Positions 34,874 through 45,200 of a stretch of 64,000 nt of DNA are shown one piece after another. This DNA comes from Bacteroidales bacterium (GTDB lineage Bacteria; Bacteroidota; Bacteroidia; Bacteroidales; P3): positions 1,170-65,169 of the forward strand of contig JAKSMO010000003.1 in NCBI GenBank assembly GCA_024400545.1. Reading direction: 5' to 3'. The position numbers and the translations under genes are program-made. Within the stretch, counting starts at the first letter, position 1. Each line of letters starts with the position of its first letter. A model generated the notes under the pieces. It was not told the origin of the DNA, did no database searches, and saw only the letters and a list, made by a program, of their open reading frames with translations.

Positions 34874-35169
34874 TCTCCTTGCTTCTGTTGAGTAGGGCCC
34901 GCAATACTATGCGCTTTTAATAATAGAATTGACTTCAGGCCCCAATGTGGCTTTAAATCCCCTAGGTTTTTACTACTCTCACTACAGTTACGGTCATTCT
35001 ACGGAGATGCTACGGACTTGGAACGGTTATGCACAAGCGGACCTACACCGTAAGATCACCGCAGGATGACCGTAGGATGACTGAACTTGCAACGAAACTT
35101 TGGGTGAACGGCAACCTTAACGAGCACTTGAATGAGCGGAGTTAAGGGCTGGAAGCCTTTGCGGTTTGA

Positions 35170-35245
35170 TGGAGCGATAGACGGGGTTCGAACCCGCGAC
35201 CTGCGGCTTGGGAAGCCGCCGCTCTGCCAACTGAGCTACTATCGC
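35170..35245 (-). tRNA. tRNA-Gly (anticodon CCC), CCA encoded
   Basis: The reverse complement is GCGATAGTAGCTCAGTTGGCAGAGCGGCGGCTTCCCAAGCCGCAGGTCGCGGGTTCGAACCCCGTCTATCGCTCCA. It folds as a cloverleaf: 7-bp acceptor stem, GCTC/GAGC D stem, GCGGC/GCCGC anticodon stem with loop TTCCCAA, and T-loop TTCGAAC. Confidence 0.93.
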
Positions 35246-35334
35246 ATGAGGGTGTCTGCCTTCGATGTCGGGAGACAGACACCTTATATTAACTCGCCTT
35301 TTTATTTTTTATTGTACAAAAGGCAAAAGTTTTT

Positions 35335-37611
35335 TTAGTGACGATGATTTTCGCCATCGCTGCGACGACGGTCGCCTTCACGACGGGGACCACGATCGCC
35401 TTCGCGACGAGGGCCACGGTCGCCATCACGGCGGGGACCGCGATCGCCATCACGACGAGGACCACGAGGACGCTGTTCTTCCTCTACATAGCCTTCGGGC
35501 TTGGGCAGAAGGGCCTTGCGGCTGAGCTTGAGCTTGCCGTTCTTTTCGTCGATAGCGATAATCTTGACCTGGACGGTGTCACCCACATTGAGGAGACCTT
35601 CGAGGGTCTCGGTGCGGGCGTAGTCGTACTCGGAGATGTGCATGAGACCTTCCTTACCGGGGAGGAACTCGAGGAATGCGCCAAACTCAACGATGCTGAC
35701 AACCTTTGCGTCATAGACCTGACCGACCTCGGGCACAGTGCAGATTTCTTTGATCCACTTGAGGGCAGCCTCGATGGAAGCCTTGTCGGCAGATGCGATA
35801 TCGACAATACCCATGCCGTCTTTCTCTTCGATATTGATGATGGAGCCAGTCTCTTTCTGGATTTTCTGGATAACCTCGCCACCCTTGCCGATAACAGCGC
35901 CGATGAAGTCTTTGGCAATCTGAATCTGAACGATACGGGGCACGAAGGGTTTGTAATCCTCGCGAGGCTGTTCGATAGTGCTCTGGATGTGGTCGAGGAT
36001 GTGGAGACGACCCTGGCGAGCCTGCTCAAGAGCCTTGGCAAGTACGTCGTAGCTGAGACCATCAACCTTGATATCCATCTGGCAAGCGGTGATACCATCG
36101 CGGGTACCGCAGACCTTGAAGTCCATGTCGCCAAGGTGGTCTTCATCGCCGAGGATGTCGGAGAGGACGGCCCACTTATCACCCTTGGAGATAAGGCCCA
36201 TGGCGATACCGGCAACGGGCTTGCGAATCTGCACACCAGCGTCCATCAATGCCAAGCAGCCTGCGCATACGGTGGCCATGGAGCTGGAGCCGTTGGACTC
36301 GAGAATATCGGAGACAACGCGGATGGTATAGGGGCAGTCGGACTCTGCGGGAAGGACTTCCTTAAGGGCGCGCCATGCAAGGTGGCCATGACCAACCTCA
36401 CGACGGCTGAGGCCGCGGTTGCCCTTGACCTCGCCAGTAGCGAAACCGGGGAAGTTGTAGTGGAGGAGGAAACGGCGGGTGCCTTCGACCACAGCACCAT
36501 CGATGACCTGCTCGTCGAGCTTGGTGCCGAGGGTGACGGTGGAGAGGGACTGGGTCTCACCACGGGTAAAGATGGCGCTACCGTGAGCGGAGGGCAGATA
36601 GCTGACTTCGCTCCAGAGAGGGCGGATCTCGTCGAGCTGACGGCCGTCGAGACGGGTGCGCTCGGCCAGCACCATATCGCGCATAGCTTCGCGCTCGGTG
36701 TCGTGGTAGTAGCGGTCGATCATGAACTGGATTTCGTCGGTAAGGGTTTCCTCGGTATAGTTGGCCTCGATGAATTCCTGCTTGATGGCAGCAAAGCCTT
36801 CTTCGCGCTGATGCTTGTTGGCAATGCCCTGCTTGGAGAACTCGTAGCATTTCTGATAGACGGCATCGCGGACACGCTGGCGGAGCTCTTCGTCGTTGAC
36901 CTCGTGGCAGTATTCGCGCTTCTCGGTCTTGCCGGCCTCGATGGTGAGTTCGGCAATGGCGCGGCACTGGATCTTGATAGCCTCGTGAGCGGCCTTGAGG
37001 GCGTTGAGCATAACGTCTTCGCTGACTTCCTTCATCTCACCTTCTACCATCATGATATTGTCTTCGGTAGCGGCAACGATGAGGTCGAGGTCGGCACGTT
37101 CGATATCCTGCATGGGAGTGTTGATGACATACTGACCATCGAGATAGGATACGCGAACTTCGGAAACGGGGCCATTGAAGGGGATGTCGGACACTGCGAG
37201 AGCGGAAGCTGCAGCGAGAGCGGCAAGCTGGTCGGGCATGGTGTTGGCATCGCCAGAGATGAGGGTGATCTGAACCTGGACTTCGGCATGGAAGTTATCG
37301 GGGAAGAGGGGACGGAGAGCGCGATCGACGAGACGAGCAATGAGAATCTCGTGCTCGGAGGGGCGCTGCTCACGCTTGAAGAAACCGCCGGGGAAACGTC
37401 CCATGGCGGCATACTTCTCCTGGTAGTCAACAGTAAGGGGCATGAAATCGACATTCTCGCCCACTTCGCGCTTGGAGCACACGGTGGCAAGAAGCATGGT
37501 GTCGTTCATACGTACAACGGCGGAGCCGTCGGCTTGTTTGGCAAGTTTGCCAGTTTCGATTTCGACCATGCGGCCATCGCCGAGGTCGAATTTTTTGGTG
37601 ATAATGTTCAT
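35335..37611 (-). CDS. pnp: Polyribonucleotide nucleotidyltransferase (PNPase) with an Arg/Gly/Asp-repeat C-terminal tail
   Basis: 758 aa. It has two RNase PH-like halves, then KH ([11 protein letters not shown]) and S1 ([20 protein letters not shown]) domains. The gene lies immediately downstream of rpsO. Confidence 0.93.
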   Translation of the reverse strand: MNIITKKFDLGDGRMVEIETGKLAKQADGSAVVRMNDTMLLATVCSKREVGENVDFMPLTVDYQEKYAAMGRFPGGFFKREQRPSEHEILIARLVDRALRPLFPDNFHAEVQVQITLISGDANTMPDQLAALAAASALAVSDIPFNGPVSEVRVSYLDGQYVINTPMQDIERADLDLIVAATEDNIMMVEGEMKEVSEDVMLNALKAAHEAIKIQCRAIAELTIEAGKTEKREYCHEVNDEELRQRVRDAVYQKCYEFSKQGIANKHQREEGFAAIKQEFIEANYTEETLTDEIQFMIDRYYHDTEREAMRDMVLAERTRLDGRQLDEIRPLWSEVSYLPSAHGSAIFTRGETQSLSTVTLGTKLDEQVIDGAVVEGTRRFLLHYNFPGFATGEVKGNRGLSRREVGHGHLAWRALKEVLPAESDCPYTIRVVSDILESNGSSSMATVCAGCLALMDAGVQIRKPVAGIAMGLISKGDKWAVLSDILGDEDHLGDMDFKVCGTRDGITACQMDIKVDGLSYDVLAKALEQARQGRLHILDHIQSTIEQPREDYKPFVPRIVQIQIAKDFIGAVIGKGGEVIQKIQKETGSIINIEEKDGMGIVDIASADKASIEAALKWIKEICTVPEVGQVYDAKVVSIVEFGAFLEFLPGKEGLMHISEYDYARTETLEGLLNVGDTVQVKIIAIDEKNGKLKLSRKALLPKPEGYVEEEQRPRGPRRDGDRGPRRDGDRGPRREGDRGPRREGDRRRSDGENHRH

Positions 37612-37683
37612 TTTCTTTTCCTTTCAGTTTCTTTTATTCCTCTACATGCCACACCGTGCGGCATGCACTTGGTATTTGATTGT

Positions 37684-37715
37684 AAAAAAAGACTCCCGGA
37701 GAACCCAGGAGTCTC
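37684..37715 (-). terminator. rpsO terminator / pnp leader hairpin
   Basis: The minus strand reads GAGACTCCTGG-GTTCT-CCGGGAGTC followed by TTTTTTT. Confidence 0.7.
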
Positions 37716-37744
37716 AACCATAACCAAATAAATATGAAAAACTA

Positions 37745-38014
37745 TTACTTTCTTAAGTTGAGTTTCTTGATGATGGCACGATAACGCTCGATATCGTTGG
37801 CTTTGAGGTAGTCGAGCAGACGACGACGCTTACCTACGAGGGTGACGAGCGCACGCTCACTGACCTGGTCTTTCTTGTTCTTCTTCATGAGTTCGGTGAG
37901 ATGCTGAATTCTATAGGTGAAAAGAGCGATCTGTGCCTCGATAGAACCAGTATCCTGAGCATTTTTGCCATATTCAGCAAAGATTTCTTCTTTTTTTTCT
38001 TTAGTTAGATACAT
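37745..38014 (-). CDS. rpsO: 30S ribosomal protein S15
   Basis: 89 aa, with MYLTKEKKEEIFAEYGKNAQDTGS..LVGKRRRLLDYL. Confidence 0.93.
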   Translation of the reverse strand: MYLTKEKKEEIFAEYGKNAQDTGSIEAQIALFTYRIQHLTELMKKNKKDQVSERALVTLVGKRRRLLDYLKANDIERYRAIIKKLNLRK

Positions 38015-38193
38015 AAAATGTTATATTTTGTATAAATTATATCTTGTTTAAATTCGGCTGCAAAATTACAACTTTTTTTTCACATAACAGCATCTCTATC
38101 TAAAAAAATACCAATTTTAACTTTTATTAAGAAAGTTGGCGGATTTTTACAAAAACTAATAATCTTTTTTTCAATTATATAAAAAAAAATTTG

Positions 38194-38201
38194 TACTTTT
38201 G
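38194..38201 (+). promoter_or_regulatory. -7 promoter box (TACTTTTG)
   Basis: Matches TAnnTTTG, 140 nt upstream of ATG 38341. Confidence 0.45.
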
Positions 38202-38340
38202 CAATTGGATAGTTTTTAAGCGCAAAAGGCGACTTAAGTGCGACATTTTGTTGATAATTATTCTATTCTAAGGCATTTTAGATGCATTTTGGTATGCTTT
38301 TGTGCACTAAAAACAGATAAAAGAAGACAAAATTATTATT

Positions 38341-39513
38341 ATGGATACATTAAAATACAATCTTCGCGGTGTGTCGGCCTCTAAAGAGGACGTACACAAT
38401 GCCATTAAGAACATTGATAAGGGTCTTTACCCTAAGGCTTTCTGCAAAATCATTCCCGACTACGTGGGTGGCGATGCCGAATATTGCAACATTATGCACG
38501 CCGATGGCGCAGGCACCAAATCGTCGCTGGCTTATCTGTATTGGAAAGAGACCGGCGATATAAGTGTGTGGAAAGGCATTGCGATAGATGCTATAGTGAT
38601 GAACTTGGACGACCTGCTGTGCGTGGGTGCTGTAGATAACATTCTGCTGTCATCGACCATTGGCCGAAACAAGAACCTAGTGCCCGGCGAGGTGATTAGC
38701 GCAGTGATTAACGGAACTGAGGAATTTTTGCAGCAGATGCGCGATTTGGGCATCGGCATTTATCTGACCGGCGGCGAAACCGCTGATGTAGGCGACCTGG
38801 TGCGCACAATTATTGTGGATTCGACGGTGACTGCCCGCATGCGCAGAGCTGACGTGGTGGACAACGGAAAGATTCATGCCGGCAATGTGATTGTTGGTTT
38901 GGCATCGTTTGGCCAGGCCACTTACGAAACGGAATACAACGGCGGCATGGGCAGCAACGGACTGACCTCGGCACGCCATGATGTGTTCTCGAAATTCTAT
39001 GCAGAGAATTTCCCCATGAGCTACGACCACAACCTGCCCCAAGAGGTGGTTTATACCGGAACCCGAAAACTGACCGACCCCACGGAAGTGCCCGGAGTGG
39101 ATGCCGGCAAGATGGTGCTTTCGCCCACCCGCACCTATGCACCTATTATCCGCAGAGTGCTTGACGAATACAGACCTAAGATTAGCGGTATGATTCATTG
39201 CAGCGGCGGCGCGCAGACCAAAGTGTTGCACTTTATTGACAACTTGCACGTGGTGAAGGACAACTTGTTTGCTGTACCCCCACTGTTCCGCATGATTCAC
39301 AACGAAAGTGGCACGGATTGGAAGGAGATGTATAAGGTGTTTAACATGGGTCACCGCATGGAGATTTACACCGACGAAGAAACGGCAAAGGGCATCATTG
39401 AGATTTCGAAGAGCTTTAATGTGGATGCACAGATAATTGGCCGAGTAGAAGAGAACGACGTGGCTCAGGTGACAGTGAGCACTGAGAACGGCACTTTTGT
39501 ATATAATAATTAA
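38341..39513 (+). CDS. AIR synthase-related protein (PurM-like)
   Basis: 390 aa, with ..MHADGAGTKSSLAY.. and ..DDLLCVGA.. typical of the PurM/AIR-synthase superfamily. Confidence 0.75.
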   Translation: MDTLKYNLRGVSASKEDVHNAIKNIDKGLYPKAFCKIIPDYVGGDAEYCNIMHADGAGTKSSLAYLYWKETGDISVWKGIAIDAIVMNLDDLLCVGAVDNILLSSTIGRNKNLVPGEVISAVINGTEEFLQQMRDLGIGIYLTGGETADVGDLVRTIIVDSTVTARMRRADVVDNGKIHAGNVIVGLASFGQATYETEYNGGMGSNGLTSARHDVFSKFYAENFPMSYDHNLPQEVVYTGTRKLTDPTEVPGVDAGKMVLSPTRTYAPIIRRVLDEYRPKISGMIHCSGGAQTKVLHFIDNLHVVKDNLFAVPPLFRMIHNESGTDWKEMYKVFNMGHRMEIYTDEETAKGIIEISKSFNVDAQIIGRVEENDVAQVTVSTENGTFVYNN

Positions 39514-39525
39514 TACACATTGATT

Positions 39526-39918
39526 ATGGCATCAATTTTTTCAAAGATAGTGGCAGGGGAAATTCCCTGCTACAAGGTGGCCGAGACAGAGAACTGCTTT
39601 GCATTTTTGGACATAAACCCCGTGGCAAAAGGTCACGTGTTATGTATTCCCAAACAAGAAGTGGATTATATTTTCGACCTTGACGAAAAAGCATATGCAG
39701 AGCTGCAAGTGTTTGCGCAAAGAGTGGCCAAAAGCATCAAGAAGGTTTGCCCCTGCACCAAAGTGGGTGTAGCAGTGCTCGGCCTCGAAGTGCCCCATGC
39801 ACACATCCACCTAATTCCTTTGCAAAGCGAGGCCGATATGGATTTTCACCATCACGTGAAAATGGAGCAACAGGAATTTGTAGATTTGGCTGCCGAACTG
39901 GCCAAAAATTTCGAATAA
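39526..39918 (+). CDS. HIT-family (histidine triad) protein
   Basis: The track starts at TTG 39520, and ATG 39526 gives MASIFSKIVAGEIPCYKV. The histidine triad is HAHIHLIP. Confidence 0.88.
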   Translation: MASIFSKIVAGEIPCYKVAETENCFAFLDINPVAKGHVLCIPKQEVDYIFDLDEKAYAELQVFAQRVAKSIKKVCPCTKVGVAVLGLEVPHAHIHLIPLQSEADMDFHHHVKMEQQEFVDLAAELAKNFE

Positions 39919-39940
39919 CCAACACTCCATATCAGAGAAT

Positions 39941-39969
39941 AAGGCTGCGCTTTAAATAAGCGCAGCCTT
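39941..39969. terminator. Hairpin terminator after the HIT gene
   Basis: AAGGCTGCGC-tttaaataa-GCGCAGCCTT is followed by a T-rich tract. Confidence 0.65.
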
Positions 39970-40072
39970 ATTTATTATAATACAATAATAAACAACGAGC
40001 ATAAGGCAAGCACTGCTTAACCAAACGCCAACAAAAAAGAAATAAAAATGTATGGGAATTAAAAAAACAGGA

Positions 40073-40531
40073 CTAAATCGGGACCGACAAACCGAAATAA
40101 TAGAATAACAAAGTCCAACATAAAAAGCGTAGAAATTTACCGACAAGCATTAATAATGATGACAATACTGGCTTGATACGATAAAAACCTAAGGCTATGG
40201 CGATAATATCACCGATGAAGGGTAACCATGTAAGCAAAGCCAGCCAAGGTCCATATTTAGCGACTCGCACTCGATGACGTAAGATCTTGTTGTGATTGAT
40301 ATGGAACCATCGCTCAATCCAATCCCAACGCCCAAGCCAACCAATAAAATAGGACAATACACCACCCAACCAATTGCCGAGAGAGGCAACTAGCAGGCAC
40401 AGCAAAGGATTATGGGTGACAAGCAACATTCCGGCATACAACGCATCTGAAGAAAAAGGGATTACTGTTGCAGCCAAAAACGAACCTAGGAAAAGGCCCC
40501 AGAGACCATATGATTGAAGAAATGACAGCAT
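40073..40531 (-). CDS. YqaA/DedA-type small membrane protein
   Basis: 152 aa with four hydrophobic segments, including ..IPFSSDALYAGMLL.. and ..LPFIGDIIAIALGF.. Confidence 0.65.
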   Translation of the reverse strand: MLSFLQSYGLWGLFLGSFLAATVIPFSSDALYAGMLLVTHNPLLCLLVASLGNWLGGVLSYFIGWLGRWDWIERWFHINHNKILRHRVRVAKYGPWLALLTWLPFIGDIIAIALGFYRIKPVLSSLLMLVGKFLRFLCWTLLFYYFGLSVPI

Positions 40532-40570
40532 AAAAAAGAAGAGACCTCTAGGGTAGAATAGAGGTCTCTT
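40531..40570 (-). terminator. greA rho-independent terminator
   Basis: AAGAGACCTC (40539..40548) pairs with GAGGTCTCTT (40561..40570), and a T-run follows on the minus strand. Confidence 0.65.
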
Positions 40571-40585
40571 ATAAATAGCTAAAAA

Positions 40586-41059
40586 TTAGCGTTCGATGGT
40601 AAGAATTTCGAACTGCATTTTACCAGCAGGAACGACAACATCGACCATCTCACCTGCGCGCTTGCCAAGGAAAGCCTGGGCAAAGGGCGAGGAAATGGAG
40701 ATCTTGGCTTCTTTGAGATTAGCTTCGCTTTCGGGAACAATGGTATAGACCTGCTTCATATTATTCTTTGTGTTGCGGATGGTAATCTTGGACAGCAGAA
40801 GAACTTTAGAAGTGTCGATTTTAGACTCGTCAAGAAGGCGAGCATTAGCCACGAGATCCTGAAGCTTAGAAATACGAGCCTCGAGCAAACCCTGAGCCTC
40901 TTTGGCGGCATCGTACTCGGCATTCTCAGAGAGATCGCCTTTATCACGTGCCTCGGCAATAGCTGCAGCAGCGGCAGGACGCTCAACGGCTATAAGTTGA
41001 TGAAGTTCGTCTTTGAGATTTTGAAGACCCTCTTCACTATAATATCTAATTTCAGACAT
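40586..41059 (-). CDS. greA: Transcription elongation factor GreA
   Basis: 157 aa, with ..ARDKGDLSENAEYDAAKEAQ.., which is canonical for GreA. Confidence 0.92.
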   Translation of the reverse strand: MSEIRYYSEEGLQNLKDELHQLIAVERPAAAAAIAEARDKGDLSENAEYDAAKEAQGLLEARISKLQDLVANARLLDESKIDTSKVLLLSKITIRNTKNNMKQVYTIVPESEANLKEAKISISSPFAQAFLGKRAGEMVDVVVPAGKMQFEILTIER

Positions 41060-41090
41060 GAATCAAAGGAATAAAGAAAATTTAAAAATT

Positions 41091-41114
41091 AGGAAAGGCC
41101 CGAAAGCCTTTCCT
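41091..41114 (-). terminator. Hairpin terminator after the PorV-like gene
   Basis: AGGAAAGGC-ccgaaa-GCCTTTCCT with a T-rich flank on the minus strand. Confidence 0.6.
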
Positions 41115-41139
41115 AATTCTCAATTATGTGTTACAGAAT

Positions 41140-42216
41140 TTAGAATCTAAAGGTAGCACCAATTGAATGAGTTCCTTTCAGATTGTAGCCCTGACGGAAC
41201 GAGTAATCGATAGAGAGACCAGAGTTGCTCTCCTCGCCTTTCTTGTGCAGAGGAACATTCAACGAAGCACCAGCAGTGAGGCCCTGGAAGGCGGTAGTGC
41301 GAGCAGATTCGCTGAAAATGTCGGTCTGATAGACATAGCCGCAACGAAGGTTGAACATGTCGAGAAGACCGTATTCAACACCTACAGCGAAATTGTCTTT
41401 CAAGAAAGCGTTGGAGGTGAAAGCAGCGGCGAGGGTCACTTTCTGATTCCAGGTTTCGAAAAGGAAATCGTAGGAAACACCAATGTTCAAGCAAGTGGGA
41501 AGTTCCATCTCGTCGGAACGGTACTCAGCAGTCATGTCGTTCTGTGCGTCGTTGGGGAATTGGAAAGACATACCAGTGCCGCCAAAGCTGTAGGAAGGAC
41601 CCCAGTTTTTGAGGCTGATACCGAATTTCAACTCATCGTCAGCACCAGTGACATACTGGATACCTGCATCAACTGCGAAAGCACTACCGCTGATATTGTC
41701 GGTGGTTTCGTTGATGATCTTAATGTTCACACCACCATGGATAGACAGGGTGAAAGAGTGAGCATAAGCAACGTTGATGTTCATGAAAGTGGGAGAGAAA
41801 GTACCGTTGATGGGCTCAGGGCTGTTGGCAGTGGTGACATCGATGTCGCCAAAACCCATGGTCATAATACCGAGACCGAGAACGCCTTTATCAAACACGC
41901 GCATACCCAAACCAAAAGCATTGAGAGTGGCACCGCTGTTGAGACCAGACTTGCCACCATAAAGCATGGTGTTGGAATAAGAAACTTCCATCTTGCTAAT
42001 GAAGCTGAGACCTGCGATGTTGGAATAGAAAGCGTCGATACCACGAACGTTGGCAACGCTAGCGCTACCCCAACCAGTGCTGCGAGCCCAAGGATTGACG
42101 AGGAGCTCGGTGGCACCAGCAGTACCTCTACGCTTGTCGTTACCAGCCCAAACAGACTGATACGACAGCAGCATAACGATAGCCACTAAAGCAAATATTC
42201 TAAAAGTCTTTTTCAT
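41140..42216 (-). CDS. PorV/PorQ-family outer-membrane beta-barrel (T9SS-associated)
   Basis: 358 aa with a signal peptide. The N-terminal pattern RRGTAGATELLVNPWARSTGWGSASVANVRGIDAFYSNIAGLSF matches the family, and the protein ends in F. Confidence 0.6.
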   Translation of the reverse strand: MKKTFRIFALVAIVMLLSYQSVWAGNDKRRGTAGATELLVNPWARSTGWGSASVANVRGIDAFYSNIAGLSFISKMEVSYSNTMLYGGKSGLNSGATLNAFGLGMRVFDKGVLGLGIMTMGFGDIDVTTANSPEPINGTFSPTFMNINVAYAHSFTLSIHGGVNIKIINETTDNISGSAFAVDAGIQYVTGADDELKFGISLKNWGPSYSFGGTGMSFQFPNDAQNDMTAEYRSDEMELPTCLNIGVSYDFLFETWNQKVTLAAAFTSNAFLKDNFAVGVEYGLLDMFNLRCGYVYQTDIFSESARTTAFQGLTAGASLNVPLHKKGEESNSGLSIDYSFRQGYNLKGTHSIGATFRF

Positions 42217-42248
42217 TTCAATAATTTTTAAAAGTTAACTAACAAAAC

Positions 42249-45200
42249 TTAGAAACCGAAGGAGTTCAGGTCAACAGGACGCATGGTGCCGAACCACTTG
42301 ACTACACGTTCGCCGACATTGGGAACCTTGAAATGAATCAGGTAAACACCACCTGCAATGGGAATACCATTGTGGTTGTGGAGATCCCAGTCGAGAGTAG
42401 TGGCAGTGCCGGAGGTGGGGCCAAGACGGCGGACCAGAGTACCATCGATAGTGTAGATAGAAACAACAGTTCCAGTGGGCACGTTGACGAAACGAACCTT
42501 GGTTTCGAGCTGGCTACCGGTTTCGTAAGTAGAGTAACTATAATAAGGATTAGGAACAACACCGATGATGCTCAAGATAGAATCCTTGGCAGACTGAGTG
42601 GAGGCAGTATTGCTGGCTACACCAGTGCGGGTAGCGATATCCTCGGAAAGCTCGAACATGTACATAGGATAGTTGCTGTTCTGCTCGGAGTAAGCATTGC
42701 CGTTTTCGTCACTGAACAGTTTAACCTGAGCACCGTTGCGAGAGAGGTAACGGCCGTAAGGAGAATTAACATCGATATCGACAGTTACATCGCAAGGAAT
42801 ATTGATAGGATTATCGAAAGCAAAACGCTTGTTGACGAAAGGCATGTTGACCCAAGCAACAGAAGCGAAAAGGAATGCAGCGGAGTCGCGCTGAGCCATG
42901 AGTTTGACTGCACGCTCGGAAGTGAGCAGACCATGGTTCATACGGAGACGGTCGGCATCGGAAGTGGGGGTGAAATCCATAAGACGATCGAGAGAACCGA
43001 GCATCTTAGCAGCCCAACGACCAGCATCGTAGGAAGGAGTCTTGAAAGAGGTAACAACATCACCATTATTGTTAGCGAGGTCGTAGAAAATCTGGTCGGT
43101 AGCATTGAGAACATAGATGAAGTGACGACCACCCATTACATAATTCTGAGTACCTTCCATGATGTTTTCAAGCGAAGTGGGGTTCCACATCATATCAGCA
43201 CCATTGTACTGAACGTAACGAGAATCCTCACCAAACATGATGTTGAGACGCTCACCGGTTACGGTGTTGATTGCGTAGCCGGGGAACCAACCCATACCAT
43301 TCTCGCCAATGTAAGCGGGATTGTTGGGATCGTCGGCGTTGGCAGTGATACCACGGTCTGCGCAAGTGCGGCCAAGTTTATCGACAGAAGCGTGACGACG
43401 CATCTGGAAACGGCGAGCATTGCCCTGAGACTGGGAATAGTCGTCGCACATCTCAATGACAGGACAACGAGTCCACTTAGTAGTATCAGCGGTGAACACT
43501 ATGCGGACGCTGGGGAGCTTGGAAAGATCGTTGAAATTGATTGCTTTGTTATAGAAGTTATCCATATTGTCACGGGTAAGCTTCCACTTGTTATACTGAC
43601 GGCTGAAGACAGTGCTGACATTGCAAAGGCTGTCGAGGATATGGTCGTCAGAAATAAAGTAACGGTAGCTGAAACCGGGATGGAAGGGAAGAGTGGAAAC
43701 GAGGCCGTAAGGAGCCCAAGTACCACCTACACAAGATTCGAAAACCTGATATTTATCGATACCGACATACTCAGCGGGTTTCTGAAGGTCAACGAGGAAG
43801 CCTTTGAAATAGTCTTCGTCGAGATAGGTCTCGTTAAGGCTAATTTCGCCAGTAGTAGAGGTGAACGCATTGTGGGTACCAGCAGCAAACTGGCTACCAG
43901 AACGGATCCAGTTCTGAATCATGTAGCTGTCGTTATCGCTAAGACCAGTCAACCAAGCGCGGGACTCATCAGCATATCTGATAGTAGAGTTGAGGAGTGC
44001 GTTGGCATTGACAAGACCACCCCAGTAGTGAGAAACTAAGTTATCACCAGCCTGGAGAGTGATGAGGAGGTCAGAAGCAACGGCACTAGGATTGCTCAGA
44101 GAAACTGCGATACCGAGATCGAGGAAGAGCTGCTCGTTGAAACGACCGAGAGTAAAGTCGGACTTAACTTTAAGAACAGTGTCGAAAAGATAGGGATTCT
44201 CAGCGTAAGTGGGATCTTCAGGAGACTTGGAGATAGTCCAACCAGCATTGCTAATATCGTCACTCTTATCGAAGGAAATGACATATTTACCAGCGTGAAC
44301 GTTGAGAGGATCGATAATGCGGACATTGACAGGACCGTAGTTCTCTTCGTAATGAGGACGGAGGATCTGGCAAGGATTATCCATCATACCGGAACCGTTA
44401 GCCTTGAATTTACCAGCAGGTTTACCCTCTACACCAGGAGCACCCATGAGCTCTTCGATGGAAGCATCGGTGAGACGGAGTACGAAACCACCATTACCAT
44501 AACCCTCGATACGGGTGATATTGGGGCTCATACCGAACTCAGCATTGATGATGGTACCACCATTCTCGGACGAAGGATCGTGAGGAATAGCAGTTACAGG
44601 AGCGATGGTTTTACCAAACTCGTCTTTACGACCAGCGAGATAGGGTTCTTTCTGACCATCGAGGAAAGCAGCCTCGGTCTGAGAGTACTCTTTATAACGG
44701 TTCTGAGCGTAAGCAATACAAATAAAGTAGTATTCTTTATTATTAACAAGAGCGGTGTTGGTACCAGTTGCGAAAGCATCGGTAGTGATACGGAACACGT
44801 GCTGGATGCCCTTATTTGCACCTTCAACCATGATGGAAGGAGTGAGCAAGCCAGTAGCGGAATTCTGAGAATAGTTAACAAGAGTTCCGATAGGCAGAGT
44901 GTGTTCATCATCATAGTAGTTCTCAATATCGCACTGAGCAACGAGCTGAGCTTTGGTCACGTCGCGGATATCAGCAACGGAAACATTAGCGTTGCGGAGC
45001 TGATAAATCTGATAACCTTCAAACTTATAGGAACGCTGTTCGTCGGTGTAAGGAACGCTGTTACCATCAGCATCAGTGTAGGAACGAACGATAGCGGGGT
45101 CAACCTCGTTGTAGGACTCGCCGTAGTTGTTGGAACTGGGGTTGTCGTATTTGATATAGAGGAGGATCTCGTTATTCATTTCCTGAACAACTACAGAGGG

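Noticed and set aside
35338-37731. A 797-aa ORF on the plus strand, opposite pnp.
   Set aside because: It is antisense to a clearly recognisable PNPase gene. Its translation is low-complexity and rich in G, A, V, D and L, which is typical of a stop-free antisense frame in a GC3-rich gene. It has no independent start context.
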